Below, piece by piece: positions 1-9,738 of a stretch of 64,000 bases of DNA. The notes beneath the pieces were generated by a model. That model saw nothing but the letters and a program-made list of their open reading frames with translations, searched no databases and had not been told where the DNA came from. This DNA is from a virus. Position 1 is the stretch's first letter. The number at the start of each line of letters is the position of its first letter. The stretch lies in the IMG/VR virus record IMGVR_UViG_3300033153_005694, positions 19,028-83,027 of that record; one strand, written 5' to 3'. The position numbers and the translations under genes are program-made.

Positions 1-2
1 AA

Positions 3-935
3 GGTTCGCTAGATCCGAGAAATAAAAAGCTAATGTTAGCGGGTAGAAACTTTGAGTATAACGGTACGCCTAACGACTTTTGGCAAGGAAGCTATAACAA
101 TATACCAGGAAGTGCATTTGATCTGTTAGCAGTAATGAATAACGAGATTGAAAGTCAGACAGGTACAAAGAGTTTTAGTGGTGGAATTACAGGTAGCGCA
201 CTAGGTAGTACAGCAACTGGAGCTAGAGGTGCACTAGACGCAACTGCAACTAGACGACTAAACTTGGTTAGAAATATAGCTGAGAATATGCTGAAACCGC
301 TGTTTAGAAAGTGGATGTCGTATAATAATGAGTTTCTAGAGGATGAGGAAGTAATTCGATATACGAATGAAGACTTTGTCGAGATAAGAAGAGATGACCT
401 AGATGGAAGACTAGATATAGATATTAGTATCAGTACAGCAGAAGATAATGCAGCGAAGAGTTCAGAGTTGAGTTTCCTATTGCAGACACTAGGTAATAAC
501 CTTCCAATGGAAATGACTCAGCTGATAATGGGTGAAATAGCTAAATTAAGTAGAATGCCAGATTTAGAGAAAAGTATTAAAGAGTATCAGCCTAAGCCGG
601 ACCCTGCAGCAGAACAAGCTAAGCAGATTGAGATGGAAAGACTGATGTTAGAAAATGAGAAAATTAAAGCAGAGATTGCTGATAGATATGCAAGAGCTGG
701 TGAGAATGAAATTGATAGACAGCTTAAACAAGCTAAAGTAAATAGTGAAATGGCAAAAGCTAGAAAGACTAATAGCGATGCAGATAGAGTAGATTTAGAC
801 TTCGTTGATAGAGATAACGGATTTAGAGAACAGTATGAAGCTAGTGAGAAAGAGAAAGACAGAAAGCACCAGATAATGATGGCAGAGTTCCAGCAAAGAG
901 CTGGTGATACCAATATCGGATTAGTTAGACAATAA
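3..935 (+). CDS. Portal protein, C-terminal part (5' end outside window), N4-like
   Basis: Frame is open from position 3. The sequence resembles podovirus/N4 portal C-termini (NEIESQTG..., TATGARGALDA, DIDISISTAEDN) and lies upstream of the scaffold and major capsid genes. Confidence 0.85.
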   Translation, partial: GSLDPRNKKLMLAGRNFEYNGTPNDFWQGSYNNIPGSAFDLLAVMNNEIESQTGTKSFSGGITGSALGSTATGARGALDATATRRLNLVRNIAENMLKPLFRKWMSYNNEFLEDEEVIRYTNEDFVEIRRDDLDGRLDIDISISTAEDNAAKSSELSFLLQTLGNNLPMEMTQLIMGEIAKLSRMPDLEKSIKEYQPKPDPAAEQAKQIEMERLMLENEKIKAEIADRYARAGENEIDRQLKQAKVNSEMAKARKTNSDADRVDLDFVDRDNGFREQYEASEKEKDRKHQIMMAEFQQRAGDTNIGLVRQ

Positions 936-950
936 AAATAGGAGAAATAG

Positions 951-1277
951 ATGAACCCATACTTAAACGAGAATACAACAATAACAGAGGCAGTAAGTGA
1001 CCAAGAATTAGGTAAACAAGCTAGGATGAGGCAAATAGCTGAGCAAGGATATACAAAAGGTATACAAGACAACAAGCTAGCTAGTCAGGCTGCATATGAG
1101 CAAGGATTGGCTGATCAAGCTAGGAAGCTAGCAGAATTACGACAATTTGAAGGCATGCAAGCAATGACTCCTGAACAACTAGCTGAACAAGAGTATTATA
1201 GAAGACTAGATTCGTTGCCAGGGGGATTTCAAGATCCAATGCCTGACCAAGGACTAGGTGATCACTATGGCAGATAA
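951..1277 (+). CDS. Hypothetical virion-module protein
   Basis: ORF preceded by an AGGAG Shine-Dalgarno (SD) sequence. Confidence 0.6.
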   Translation: MNPYLNENTTITEAVSDQELGKQARMRQIAEQGYTKGIQDNKLASQAAYEQGLADQARKLAELRQFEGMQAMTPEQLAEQEYYRRLDSLPGGFQDPMPDQGLGDHYGR

Positions 1278-1449
1278 ATCAAAGATTAAAATTAAACCTG
1301 AAAATATAGGGAAATTTAATAAGTGGTGTAAAAGTCATGGGCATAAGTCTGTGACTAGGAAGTGTGAAGAAGAAGGATTAGCTAGCAAGAGTGCTGCAGT
1401 TCGGAAGATGAGTCAGTTTTCAAAAAATAGTAGAAAGTGGGGTAACTAG
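1267..1449 (+). CDS. Small basic phage protein (IKIKPENxGKF...F.KN.RKW type)
   Basis: Lys-rich. Resembles a small conserved domain recalled from other podophage structural regions. Start probably at the second ATG (MADKSK). Confidence 0.5.
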   Translation: MADKSKIKIKPENIGKFNKWCKSHGHKSVTRKCEEEGLASKSAAVRKMSQFSKNSRKWGN

Positions 1450-1677
1450 ATGAATGAGCAAGAAGGACTAGCAGGAATGCAACAAGGACCACAAGTGAAT
1501 GTAGGTATGTTAGAGCAAGTGATACAGATGTTGATGGCAGGAACTACAGAAGCACAGTTGTTGCAGATGGGCGTACCACAAGAAGTGATTGAAGCAGCAA
1601 TAGCAGAGTTGGGTATACAACAACAGCAACAAGTGTCTCAAGATGTGGGTTTAGCTGCTGCACAAGGTCTAGTATAA
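1450..1677 (+). CDS. Hypothetical Gln-rich protein
   Basis: ORF abuts the previous stop codon. Confidence 0.55.
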   Translation: MNEQEGLAGMQQGPQVNVGMLEQVIQMLMAGTTEAQLLQMGVPQEVIEAAIAELGIQQQQQVSQDVGLAAAQGLV

Positions 1678-1683
1678 GCCAGG

Positions 1684-1706
1684 TTTAAGAGTAGTAGTGT
1701 TATAAT
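1684..1706 (+). promoter_or_regulatory. Host sigma70-type promoter TTTAAG-N11-TATAAT for the head operon
   Basis: TTTAAG 1684-1689 and TATAAT 1701-1706. A second TATAAG lies 11 bp further upstream. Confidence 0.7.
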
Positions 1707-1784
1707 AACGGTATAGAAAAAGTATGACCAAAGAATAGATGTCTCAAAAAGCTAATTTATAAATCAAAAACTAGGAGGATTCAT

Positions 1785-2117
1785 ATGAGTATGAATAACC
1801 AAATCCAGAATGATGGAATGAATGACGAGCAACTTGTTGAAGTAGAGAACCAGTATTGGGTAGATATGCATATATCGCTTGAGAAATTGAAAAAGAATAA
1901 GGATTTCAAGAAAGTAGTCTTGGAAGGGTACTTTAAGGATAAAGCAATTAATGGTGTTAGCTTACTGGCTACGGACTACGTTAAACAGAATGGGTTAAGA
2001 TCCGATGTGATGGAAAGTTTGATTGCTATTAGTAATCTAGAAGATTACTTTATCACGATTGATAACTTAGGTTCACCAACTCCAATGGACGACGAAGAGT
2101 CTGACGACGAGGAGTAG
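1785..2117 (+). CDS. Conserved N4-like head-region protein between portal and scaffold
   Basis: AGGAGG SD. LEKLKKNKDFKKVVLEGYF motif and syntenic position. Confidence 0.65.
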   Translation: MSMNNQIQNDGMNDEQLVEVENQYWVDMHISLEKLKKNKDFKKVVLEGYFKDKAINGVSLLATDYVKQNGLRSDVMESLIAISNLEDYFITIDNLGSPTPMDDEESDDEE

Positions 2118-2120
2118 TAG

Positions 2121-3326
2121 ATGGATGAACTAACTCAAAATGAAGAAGAGCTATACGATCTAGATGATGAAGCAATGGAGGCAGCGTTTAAGGAAGCGAA
2201 AGCAGAATTAGCCTCTCCAGATACTCAGATAGAAGAAGATAACCAAGAAGTAGAAGAAGTAGAAGAAGTTGTTGAAAAAGAGACTATCGAAGATAACGAT
2301 GAAGAAGGAATAGAAGAAGATCTGGAACACCCCGACGAGGACTCCGATGATAACAGTGATGAAAATGAAGTGAAAAAAGAGCCTGATGAGGATTCAGAAG
2401 ATGAAGAGGGTAAGCTTGACGGAGAGCCTGAAGCAACTGAAGAACAAACCGAAGAAGATAAAAAAGAAGCTAAAGATGAATTACAACCAATAGAGAAATT
2501 ACAGTTTAAGGCCAATGGTCAAGATTTCGAGTTTACAGTAGATGAGATGAAAGAACAGTTTGGAAGAGTATTCGGACAAGCTATGAATTATACTCAGAAG
2601 ATGCAACAAATGAAACCGGATAGGAAGAAATTAGATGCAATACAGCAAGCTGGATTGAGTGACGAAGATGTAAACTTAGCAATTGAACTATTGAAGGGTG
2701 ATAAAGATGCGATTACTTCACTGATAAAGAGAACAGGTATAGATACCCTCGATTTAGACGTAGAGAATAGCAAGGACTATCAACCGCAAGATTATGGTCG
2801 GAATGAGACTGAACTTGCACTGAAAGATATAGAGGATGAGATTAGTCGAGATCCTGAATATAAGATTACACATAACGTGCTTACAAAGCAGTGGGATGAT
2901 AAGTCATGGAATGAAATGGCTAGTGATCCAAGTTTGATTAAGTTGCTGCATGTGGATGTTAAAAGTGGGATGTATGATAAGATTAACCCTATAGCACAGA
3001 AGTTGAAGGTATATGGGAATGGTAGTAAGTCAGACCTAGATTACTATAAAGAAGCTGCTGGGCAATATTTTGCAGAGCAAGATAAAGTACGGGCAGAAGA
3101 GGCTAAGGTAGAAGAGCTAAAGTTAACTAGAGAGCAGGAAGAACAAAAACTTGCTGGTGTTAAAGCTAAACAAGAACAGAGACAAACTACCAAAGCAGCT
3201 GCTGTAAAACGAAAGGCTGCAGCCCCAAGTAAGAGTAAGGCTGGAACAAAGAAAACTATAGATTATCTAGATGAATCAGATGAAGCATTTGAAGAATGGT
3301 ATAGTAAACTGCAAGATTCATTGTAA
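2121..3326 (+). CDS. Putative scaffold protein (N4 gp57-like, often annotated tape measure)
   Basis: Very acidic N-terminal region, FKANG motif, coiled-coil C-terminus; immediately upstream of the major capsid gene. Confidence 0.7.
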   Translation: MDELTQNEEELYDLDDEAMEAAFKEAKAELASPDTQIEEDNQEVEEVEEVVEKETIEDNDEEGIEEDLEHPDEDSDDNSDENEVKKEPDEDSEDEEGKLDGEPEATEEQTEEDKKEAKDELQPIEKLQFKANGQDFEFTVDEMKEQFGRVFGQAMNYTQKMQQMKPDRKKLDAIQQAGLSDEDVNLAIELLKGDKDAITSLIKRTGIDTLDLDVENSKDYQPQDYGRNETELALKDIEDEISRDPEYKITHNVLTKQWDDKSWNEMASDPSLIKLLHVDVKSGMYDKINPIAQKLKVYGNGSKSDLDYYKEAAGQYFAEQDKVRAEEAKVEELKLTREQEEQKLAGVKAKQEQRQTTKAAAVKRKAAAPSKSKAGTKKTIDYLDESDEAFEEWYSKLQDSL

Positions 3327-3358
3327 TCTTGTGGTGGCATAAATTAGGAGAATAAGTT

Positions 3359-4696
3359 ATGGCAACAAACGTATATGGAAATGGTACTAATAGTACTGCT
3401 GGTGTGAATACAATTACGCATTATTACGACAGAGCAGGTATTAGAGCTGCAAATAGAGTAAATGTGTATGGACAATGGGCAGATAAAAAATCTCAGCCTA
3501 CAAAAATGGGTAAGACATTTAAGGTTTCAAAATTCTTACATATGTATGACAGAGCACAAAATGATGGTGACTTTGCAGGTAAAGGTTACTTAACAGCTAG
3601 ATCAGCTGCAGATGTATCAGCTGCTCTAACAGGTGCTACATTATCAGAAGGTGCTGGTGCGGTTAACAAGAAAAGTATCTCTAAAGTAACTGTTGAAGCT
3701 ACATTAGCTAGATATGGCGAAATGATTGACTATACAGATGAAGTAGAGTTGTTCTCAGAAGACTCAATGCAAGTTAAGTATAGAGAAGAACTAGGTGAAT
3801 TGGCTAACTCTAGAGAAGAGGATTTAATTCAATTAGATATGTTAGGTACAGGTACAGTACTGTATTCAGGTACAGCTACGTCTAAAATTGGTGTTGATAC
3901 TAAGATCTCTTACGACCTAGTGAGAAAAGGTGTTAGAAAACTAGTTAGAAACAGAGCTAAGAAAAATACAAGTATTGTTACAGGATCGACTAAAGTAGGT
4001 ACTGCTCCAGTTGCTAAAGCATACTATGGTATTATCGGTGCTGACGTTAAATCTGATTTAGAGTCAATTACTAGAGGTACAGACGGTGCTAAAGAATTTA
4101 CATACCAACCAGCTCATAAATATGCAGGTGCTGCAAGTTTAGCTGAAGGCGAAGTAGGTGCAATGCATGAAGTTAGATTTATCGAAGCTGAAGGTGCTGT
4201 TGTATATAGAGGTGAAGGTTCTGGTGTTATTAGCGATACTCAAGAAACTGCTGCTACAACTATAGTTAGTTCTGCTGTACAAAATACAGGCGCTGCTGCT
4301 ACAACTACTTACACTACTGGGAATGATAATTCTGCTGAGAGATTTGCTGCAATTTTAGCAGCTAGAGGGTCTGTTGTGTACGTTGATGCTTCTGATAGTA
4401 ATAATATCAAAGAAGCTACTGTAATTGGTGATACTGATATTGGTGGAACTGGTTCTGATGTACTTATTAATGAGTACTTTGATGCGTATCCTATTCTTTT
4501 CCCAACTGAAGGTTCATTTGCAACTGTTGGTCTAAAAGGTAAAGGTAAGATTAAATTTAACTCTAAAGCACCAGATGCTGTTGAATTATCTAACCCATAT
4601 GGGACACAAGGTTTCTTCTCATATAACTTCTGGTACGCTGGATTGATTTTACAAGAAGAAAAACTATTAAAAATCTTAGTTGCTGCTTCAGTATAA
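3359..4696 (+). CDS. Major capsid protein, N4-gp56 family
   Basis: Motifs P.KMGKT.K, LSEGAG.VN, GEVGAMHEVRFIE, NPYGTQGFFSY.FWY; strong SD; highly biased codon use. Confidence 0.9.
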   Translation: MATNVYGNGTNSTAGVNTITHYYDRAGIRAANRVNVYGQWADKKSQPTKMGKTFKVSKFLHMYDRAQNDGDFAGKGYLTARSAADVSAALTGATLSEGAGAVNKKSISKVTVEATLARYGEMIDYTDEVELFSEDSMQVKYREELGELANSREEDLIQLDMLGTGTVLYSGTATSKIGVDTKISYDLVRKGVRKLVRNRAKKNTSIVTGSTKVGTAPVAKAYYGIIGADVKSDLESITRGTDGAKEFTYQPAHKYAGAASLAEGEVGAMHEVRFIEAEGAVVYRGEGSGVISDTQETAATTIVSSAVQNTGAAATTTYTTGNDNSAERFAAILAARGSVVYVDASDSNNIKEATVIGDTDIGGTGSDVLINEYFDAYPILFPTEGSFATVGLKGKGKIKFNSKAPDAVELSNPYGTQGFFSYNFWYAGLILQEEKLLKILVAASV

Positions 4697-4707
4697 TAAG
4701 ATAAGGT

Positions 4708-4725
4708 GAGGGGGGTGACCCTCTC
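4708..4725 (+). terminator. Hairpin after the major capsid gene (possible terminator or stabiliser)
   Basis: GAGGGGG-GTGA-CCCTCTC inverted repeat with one G-U pair; no clear U tract. Confidence 0.4.
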
Positions 4726-4759
4726 GGCACACTAAACAACCAAATAAGGATTTAGAAAA

Positions 4760-5269
4760 ATGAGTTTACAAGAATTAAAAGTAGAAGCTAAAGAACTAGG
4801 TATTGATTTTAGCGCTAATATTGGAGAGAAGAAACTTCAAGCAAAGATTGATGAGTTTTATGAGTTACAAGAGACTTCAGGTGCTGAGATTGAAGCAGCT
4901 GTAGAAGCAAATGAAGCAGAAAAGGCAAACCAAGAAGAGACTAATGAGAAGCCTGCTGTAACTGGTAAAAAAGGTAAGAGAACACTGCAAGATAGAGCAG
5001 CTCAAGCAAAAAAAGAAGCAACGGCAACTAGAGTTGTTACTATTATTGATAATGATCAGAGGGTTAATAACCAGACTACAACATGTACTATAAATTGTAG
5101 TAATGAGTATTTCGACCTAGGTACAAGGATTACCCCATTAAATGAACCTGTCGAATTAGAACAAGGATTTATTAATTCGTTGAGAGAAGTAAAGATTCCT
5201 CAGCATATTAAAGATCCAGCTACAGGATTGAGTAGAATTACTATGAGAAATAGATATACGATATCGTAG
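4760..5269 (+). CDS. N4-like structural protein downstream of the major capsid gene (gp55-like)
   Basis: N-terminal LQELKVEAKELGI helical motif; synteny. Confidence 0.55.
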   Translation: MSLQELKVEAKELGIDFSANIGEKKLQAKIDEFYELQETSGAEIEAAVEANEAEKANQEETNEKPAVTGKKGKRTLQDRAAQAKKEATATRVVTIIDNDQRVNNQTTTCTINCSNEYFDLGTRITPLNEPVELEQGFINSLREVKIPQHIKDPATGLSRITMRNRYTIS

Positions 5270-5273
5270 TTAT

Positions 5274-5300
5274 ATAAACTCTTCTTAAGGAAGAGTTTAT
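5274..5300 (+). terminator. Intrinsic terminator-like hairpin
   Basis: Perfect 11-bp inverted repeat ATAAACTCTTC-TTAAG-GAAGAGTTTAT. Confidence 0.6.
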
Positions 5301-5340
5301 TATGATTATGGTATAATGAGAAAAATATATAGGAGAAAAT

Positions 5341-5712
5341 ATGAGTTGTAATATTGATAAGTTTGTTTTAACAAAAGGACTAGATAACGATTTTGTATTA
5401 ACAATAAAACAAACAGGTACAACTCTTCCTATGGAAATAGATGAGGTTAATGATACTTTTGCTGCGAAGCTGATTAATCTAGAAACAGAAGCAACTGTAT
5501 TGACTACTGAAATAGTGATTACTGTAAGTGATGCTTTAGGTGGTAAGATTAATCTGCAGTTTACTCAAGCAGATATAGATGCGTTAGATGCTGAACGAGG
5601 AGAAAAGGTAGATCGCTATTACTTGAAGCCTACGTATAAGCTATTGCTAGATTGTAGTACTACAAATAATGGTGACTTTATAGCGAAAATACCTCTGGTA
5701 TATGTGGAATAG
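5341..5712 (+). CDS. Tail or fibre adaptor-like protein
   Basis: Beta-rich 123 aa ORF preceding the fibre gene; AGGAG SD. Confidence 0.5.
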   Translation: MSCNIDKFVLTKGLDNDFVLTIKQTGTTLPMEIDEVNDTFAAKLINLETEATVLTTEIVITVSDALGGKINLQFTQADIDALDAERGEKVDRYYLKPTYKLLLDCSTTNNGDFIAKIPLVYVE

Positions 5713-5716
5713 CTAG

Positions 5717-7168
5717 ATGAGTGATATCGTAGTTAGTGAGACAGAACTAGAATTAGAAAAGCATGAGATTACAAAACAAGCAGACCTAGATGTCTGTGTG
5801 GTTGATGATGAGACTTTAGAGATAACAGCGGCTAAGAAAGAGTATTCGATTGTTGGAGATGCTCTTTACGCAAGTGTAAGTGCAGAAGATGCTCCTCAAT
5901 GGTTAACTAGTATAATTGACAGTGTTGTTGGGGGTATTGTTAATACTAAGGTTGCTGAGTTAGATGAGGCAATAGCTTCGATTAATCAATCACTAAGTGA
6001 ATTAGCGGTAGCTAAGAATCAATATGCAGAATTGATTAACATAGAAGAAACTATAGATAGTGTAATAACTAGTAAGTTAGAGACGTTAAATGCTACAGTT
6101 GGGACTAATGCTGCTAATATAGTAGATTTAGATGTAACAAAGGCTACACCTACAGAAGCGTTAGCGATTAGTACTGAACATTTAAATTCTGAGATTGATA
6201 GTGGAGAAATAGCTAGTTTAGTTACGGGTTTAGAGACTACAATAGCTACTGGAGATAGTACTAATGCTGCTAGTATAAGTGCTTTGAATAGTACGTATAA
6301 CAATAACTATGCTACGGTAAGTGAGGTACTATCGTCAACTGCGGATGAGTTTGGTGTAGAAGCTAATGCGATAGTAGACCTAGGTGGTACACTAGTTGAT
6401 GATGGTGGAACTATACGGGCTACAGGTGGAGCTATTGATACATTAAAGACAGAAATAGAAGATGGTACGGTAGTATTATCAGATGTAACAGAGTTACAAG
6501 GATACTTAAATGATCCAGATGCTCCATGGCAAGGTGGTAGTTCAACATTGAGTCAGAAGTTAGCTATAACTGAAGATAACGTAGAAGCTAAGTTTGAGTA
6601 TGCTTCGACTGTACGTATGGGAGGATCTAACTATACTAGTGCATTCGGTATGACAAATTCAGCTGGGACTGCTCCAGGAAGTGAATTCTGGATTAATGCA
6701 GATAAGTTTAAGTTTACTAATGATGGTAAGACTGGAAGTAATGCTGCATTTAGTATAGATGCTAGTGGAGCAACTCCTCAGGTGACGTTTAATGGAGTAG
6801 TCAGTTTTACTAATGTAGATGGAGCTCCTACTCATACGAGTGGAAGCAGTAATCCAGTAAGTACATCACAACCAATAGGGTCTACTTATCATCAAACTAC
6901 TGTAGATAGTTTATGGACGTATACAAGTAGCGGTTGGGTAGAAGGTGGGGATCCAGATGCTATTACTGCTGCTGATCTTGGTTCTGGTGGTACTACGGTT
7001 ATTGATGGTGGTAGGATTAGTACAGGTACAATAGATGCAACTAACGTTAATGTTACAAATTTAGATGCTACTGAGTTAACTACGGGTGTAATATATAATG
7101 CTGGCGGAAGTGCCGGAAGCTACACAATGAAAATTGATTTAAATGCAGGTGAGATACATATAAAATGA
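5717..7168 (+). CDS. Tail fibre / host-specificity protein
   Basis: Coiled-coil N-half, SEFWINADKF (DUF1983-like) motif, TVIDGGRISTGTIDA repeat typical of fibre proteins. Confidence 0.7.
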   Translation: MSDIVVSETELELEKHEITKQADLDVCVVDDETLEITAAKKEYSIVGDALYASVSAEDAPQWLTSIIDSVVGGIVNTKVAELDEAIASINQSLSELAVAKNQYAELINIEETIDSVITSKLETLNATVGTNAANIVDLDVTKATPTEALAISTEHLNSEIDSGEIASLVTGLETTIATGDSTNAASISALNSTYNNNYATVSEVLSSTADEFGVEANAIVDLGGTLVDDGGTIRATGGAIDTLKTEIEDGTVVLSDVTELQGYLNDPDAPWQGGSSTLSQKLAITEDNVEAKFEYASTVRMGGSNYTSAFGMTNSAGTAPGSEFWINADKFKFTNDGKTGSNAAFSIDASGATPQVTFNGVVSFTNVDGAPTHTSGSSNPVSTSQPIGSTYHQTTVDSLWTYTSSGWVEGGDPDAITAADLGSGGTTVIDGGRISTGTIDATNVNVTNLDATELTTGVIYNAGGSAGSYTMKIDLNAGEIHIK

Positions 7169-8304
7169 GTTTATTTATAGGTAAAGATAATTCAAGTGAT
7201 AACATTATGCACATAACTAAAGATGAAACAAGTTTAGCTGGTATGAAGAATGGTTCTATATCTTCAACTATTTTTCATAGTGATTTTGAATACTTAATAC
7301 ACTGTGAGTATGAAGCATTAGACTATCAATTTAAACCAGCTTACGATGTCGATTACAATTCTGGCTACCCTTCCGCCACTATAATAGATTTTGGAGAAGA
7401 ATTTGCAGATAAAGTAGCCGATGGCCATACATTTCTTATAGAAGTAGGTTCTGAAATTTATTTTCAAATAGCAGGAGACTGGAGACTACATGATCAAGTA
7501 GACCTCGAAAGAGAAATATATCCAACTGAATGGTACGCTAGTGTCTCTGATGGGCAGAATAGTAGTAGATCTTTTACACCTACAGATACTAAGAAGTGTG
7601 TATTAATATGGTATACGTCATCTTCTGATACTCAATTTAAAGCTTACGTACTTAACCTTAATACCACTACTGCAGAACTTATATATCCATCATTTACATC
7701 TGATGAAGTAGTTGTAAATTCAAATGAACTTACAGTTAGAGGTATAGATTTACCTAATTTACGGTACGTGTCTACTGAGGTCATAAATGGTGTAGACCTA
7801 GAAAGATCTACGCATAATCTAAATTTACAGTTTATTAACTCTGTACCTAGTTCAGGTAGTATAACATTACAATCTGAAGCAGAAGGAAATACTAAAGTAA
7901 AAAAAGGAACTAAAACTATATTTACTACCGAATTTGGTATTAACAAACTACGTCTTGATGGAGTTGAATACAATAACTTTACTAACTATAGGGTATATGG
8001 TGACCAAACAAGGTTAGCAGAAATTGGTTCAGGTTTAAGCACAGGTGACATTATTTTAGTTGGCTGTACTGAAGAACTGAATGCTGGGCAGGATTATTTA
8101 TATTATCCTGTTTTATTTAAGTACCAAGAAAACTATTCAGTAATGGTTTATAAAGATACTTCTAAAGCTAATTCTGAAAGATATTGGTGGTTTACAACCT
8201 TTAACGGTAAAGTGTACTTAAAAATACAGTTTACCCATACCCTTGGTAGTAATACTTATATAGCATGGCATTCTATTAGAACTGCTGCTTTTAAGTTTAA
8301 ATAA
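7165..8304 (+). CDS. Putative receptor-binding / distal tail protein
   Basis: ATGA-coupled to the fibre gene; aromatic, beta-rich; base composition differs from neighbours. Confidence 0.5.
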   Translation: MSLFIGKDNSSDNIMHITKDETSLAGMKNGSISSTIFHSDFEYLIHCEYEALDYQFKPAYDVDYNSGYPSATIIDFGEEFADKVADGHTFLIEVGSEIYFQIAGDWRLHDQVDLEREIYPTEWYASVSDGQNSSRSFTPTDTKKCVLIWYTSSSDTQFKAYVLNLNTTTAELIYPSFTSDEVVVNSNELTVRGIDLPNLRYVSTEVINGVDLERSTHNLNLQFINSVPSSGSITLQSEAEGNTKVKKGTKTIFTTEFGINKLRLDGVEYNNFTNYRVYGDQTRLAEIGSGLSTGDIILVGCTEELNAGQDYLYYPVLFKYQENYSVMVYKDTSKANSERYWWFTTFNGKVYLKIQFTHTLGSNTYIAWHSIRTAAFKFK

Positions 8305-8345
8305 TTTAAAGTAATAACCAATAAAATAAAATAAAAGGAAAATAA

Positions 8346-8882
8346 ATGGCAACTATATCAAATGGGTACTTGTATTGGATACACCTTCCAGAACATACAG
8401 ATATAAATACACAAGGGTACGTTGGAATTACTAATAATATACAGGAAAGGTTTCGTATACATAGAAATTCCTATACGGATAATTGTAAGTGTATAAGCAG
8501 AGCCATAAAAAAGTACGGTAATTCTTTAGTATATGACGTAATTTTTACGGGCCCATATGAAGGATGTTTACAGTTAGAGAACTACTTCCGACCAGCTTTA
8601 AATACTGGGTGGAATATAGCGATCGGAGATGGAAAAACAACTTTAGGCCTGAAATGTCATAGTAATTGTATAAAAGCATTAAAGAAAGCAAATTCTAAAA
8701 GTGCGAATATATATAAATATAAGACTAATATTCTTATAGCCGAAAATGTAATAGTGGCAGAATGGGCTAGAAATAATGGTTGTATTAAATCATGCTTATG
8801 TAGAACAGCTAATCAGGCAGAAGGACGTAAGCAGCATAAAGGGTATTATATAAAATACAATAATAATAAGGAAAATAAATGA
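8346..8882 (+). mobile_element. Free-standing GIY-YIG (Seg-like) homing endonuclease
   Basis: YLYWI...GYVGIT.N...RF..H motif; own promoter TTTAAA-N11-TAAAAT at 8305-8327. Confidence 0.75.
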
Positions 8883-9730
8883 CAATATCAATAACAAGTG
8901 AGTTAGACGTACTAAATAAGTACCAACAATTAATAGATCAATCACTAGGTGGATCTTCAATATATATCAGAACTAAGGAAACTATCCAAGCGCTGTTTGA
9001 CAATGGGGACATTAAAGATGATGATAAAGCTGCGGTGATATCGCAGGTATTGAGTGCATTAAATACTAGTTTAGTAAATACGAGTATGACTACTGCACTG
9101 CAATGGGCTTCAGGTGAAAAAGATATAGCACTTAAGAAGCTGGAATTAGAGAAGACACTAGATATACTAGATAAAGAACTAGCCCTTAAAGCAGCACAAG
9201 CAGATAAGATGGTAAGTGATGACTTGCTAGCTCAAGCAAGCAATTTGAGACAGAATGGTGCTGCAACAGTAATAGACGGTAAAGTAGTTGCGTTAAGTGA
9301 TGAAGGTAAAGTATGGACTGATATGCAGTTAATAGAGCAGAATACTGAGAATGCTATAGCCGAAGAGAGTTTAATTACAGCTAAAGAAACTGAAGTGAAT
9401 GCTGGGATACATAAGATAGTTGCAGATACATATGTAAACTATGGAGTATATAGTGGATATAACATAACTAACACAGGTGTGACAGGTATAACTGATATAA
9501 CACCGGTAGGATATGATACATTGAGTGACCTACAAGCTGTGATAGCTAAAGAGCAAGCTAAAGGATATGCATATAATGCTTGGAGTAACGCGGCAAGTGG
9601 GCTAGGTAGCACAATTGGTGTAGCATTAACGAGTGAGACAGACATCTTTACAGGTGATGGTGAAGGGTTATTGGCTAGTTGGAAGACTACAGTTGATAAC
9701 CTAAGAGATGTAACAGCTCCTACATTTTAA
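8879..9730 (+). CDS. Virion structural protein
   Basis: Helical 283 aa ORF in the tail/ejection block. Confidence 0.6.
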   Translation: MTISITSELDVLNKYQQLIDQSLGGSSIYIRTKETIQALFDNGDIKDDDKAAVISQVLSALNTSLVNTSMTTALQWASGEKDIALKKLELEKTLDILDKELALKAAQADKMVSDDLLAQASNLRQNGAATVIDGKVVALSDEGKVWTDMQLIEQNTENAIAEESLITAKETEVNAGIHKIVADTYVNYGVYSGYNITNTGVTGITDITPVGYDTLSDLQAVIAKEQAKGYAYNAWSNAASGLGSTIGVALTSETDIFTGDGEGLLASWKTTVDNLRDVTAPTF

Positions 9731-9738
9731 AGAGTAAT

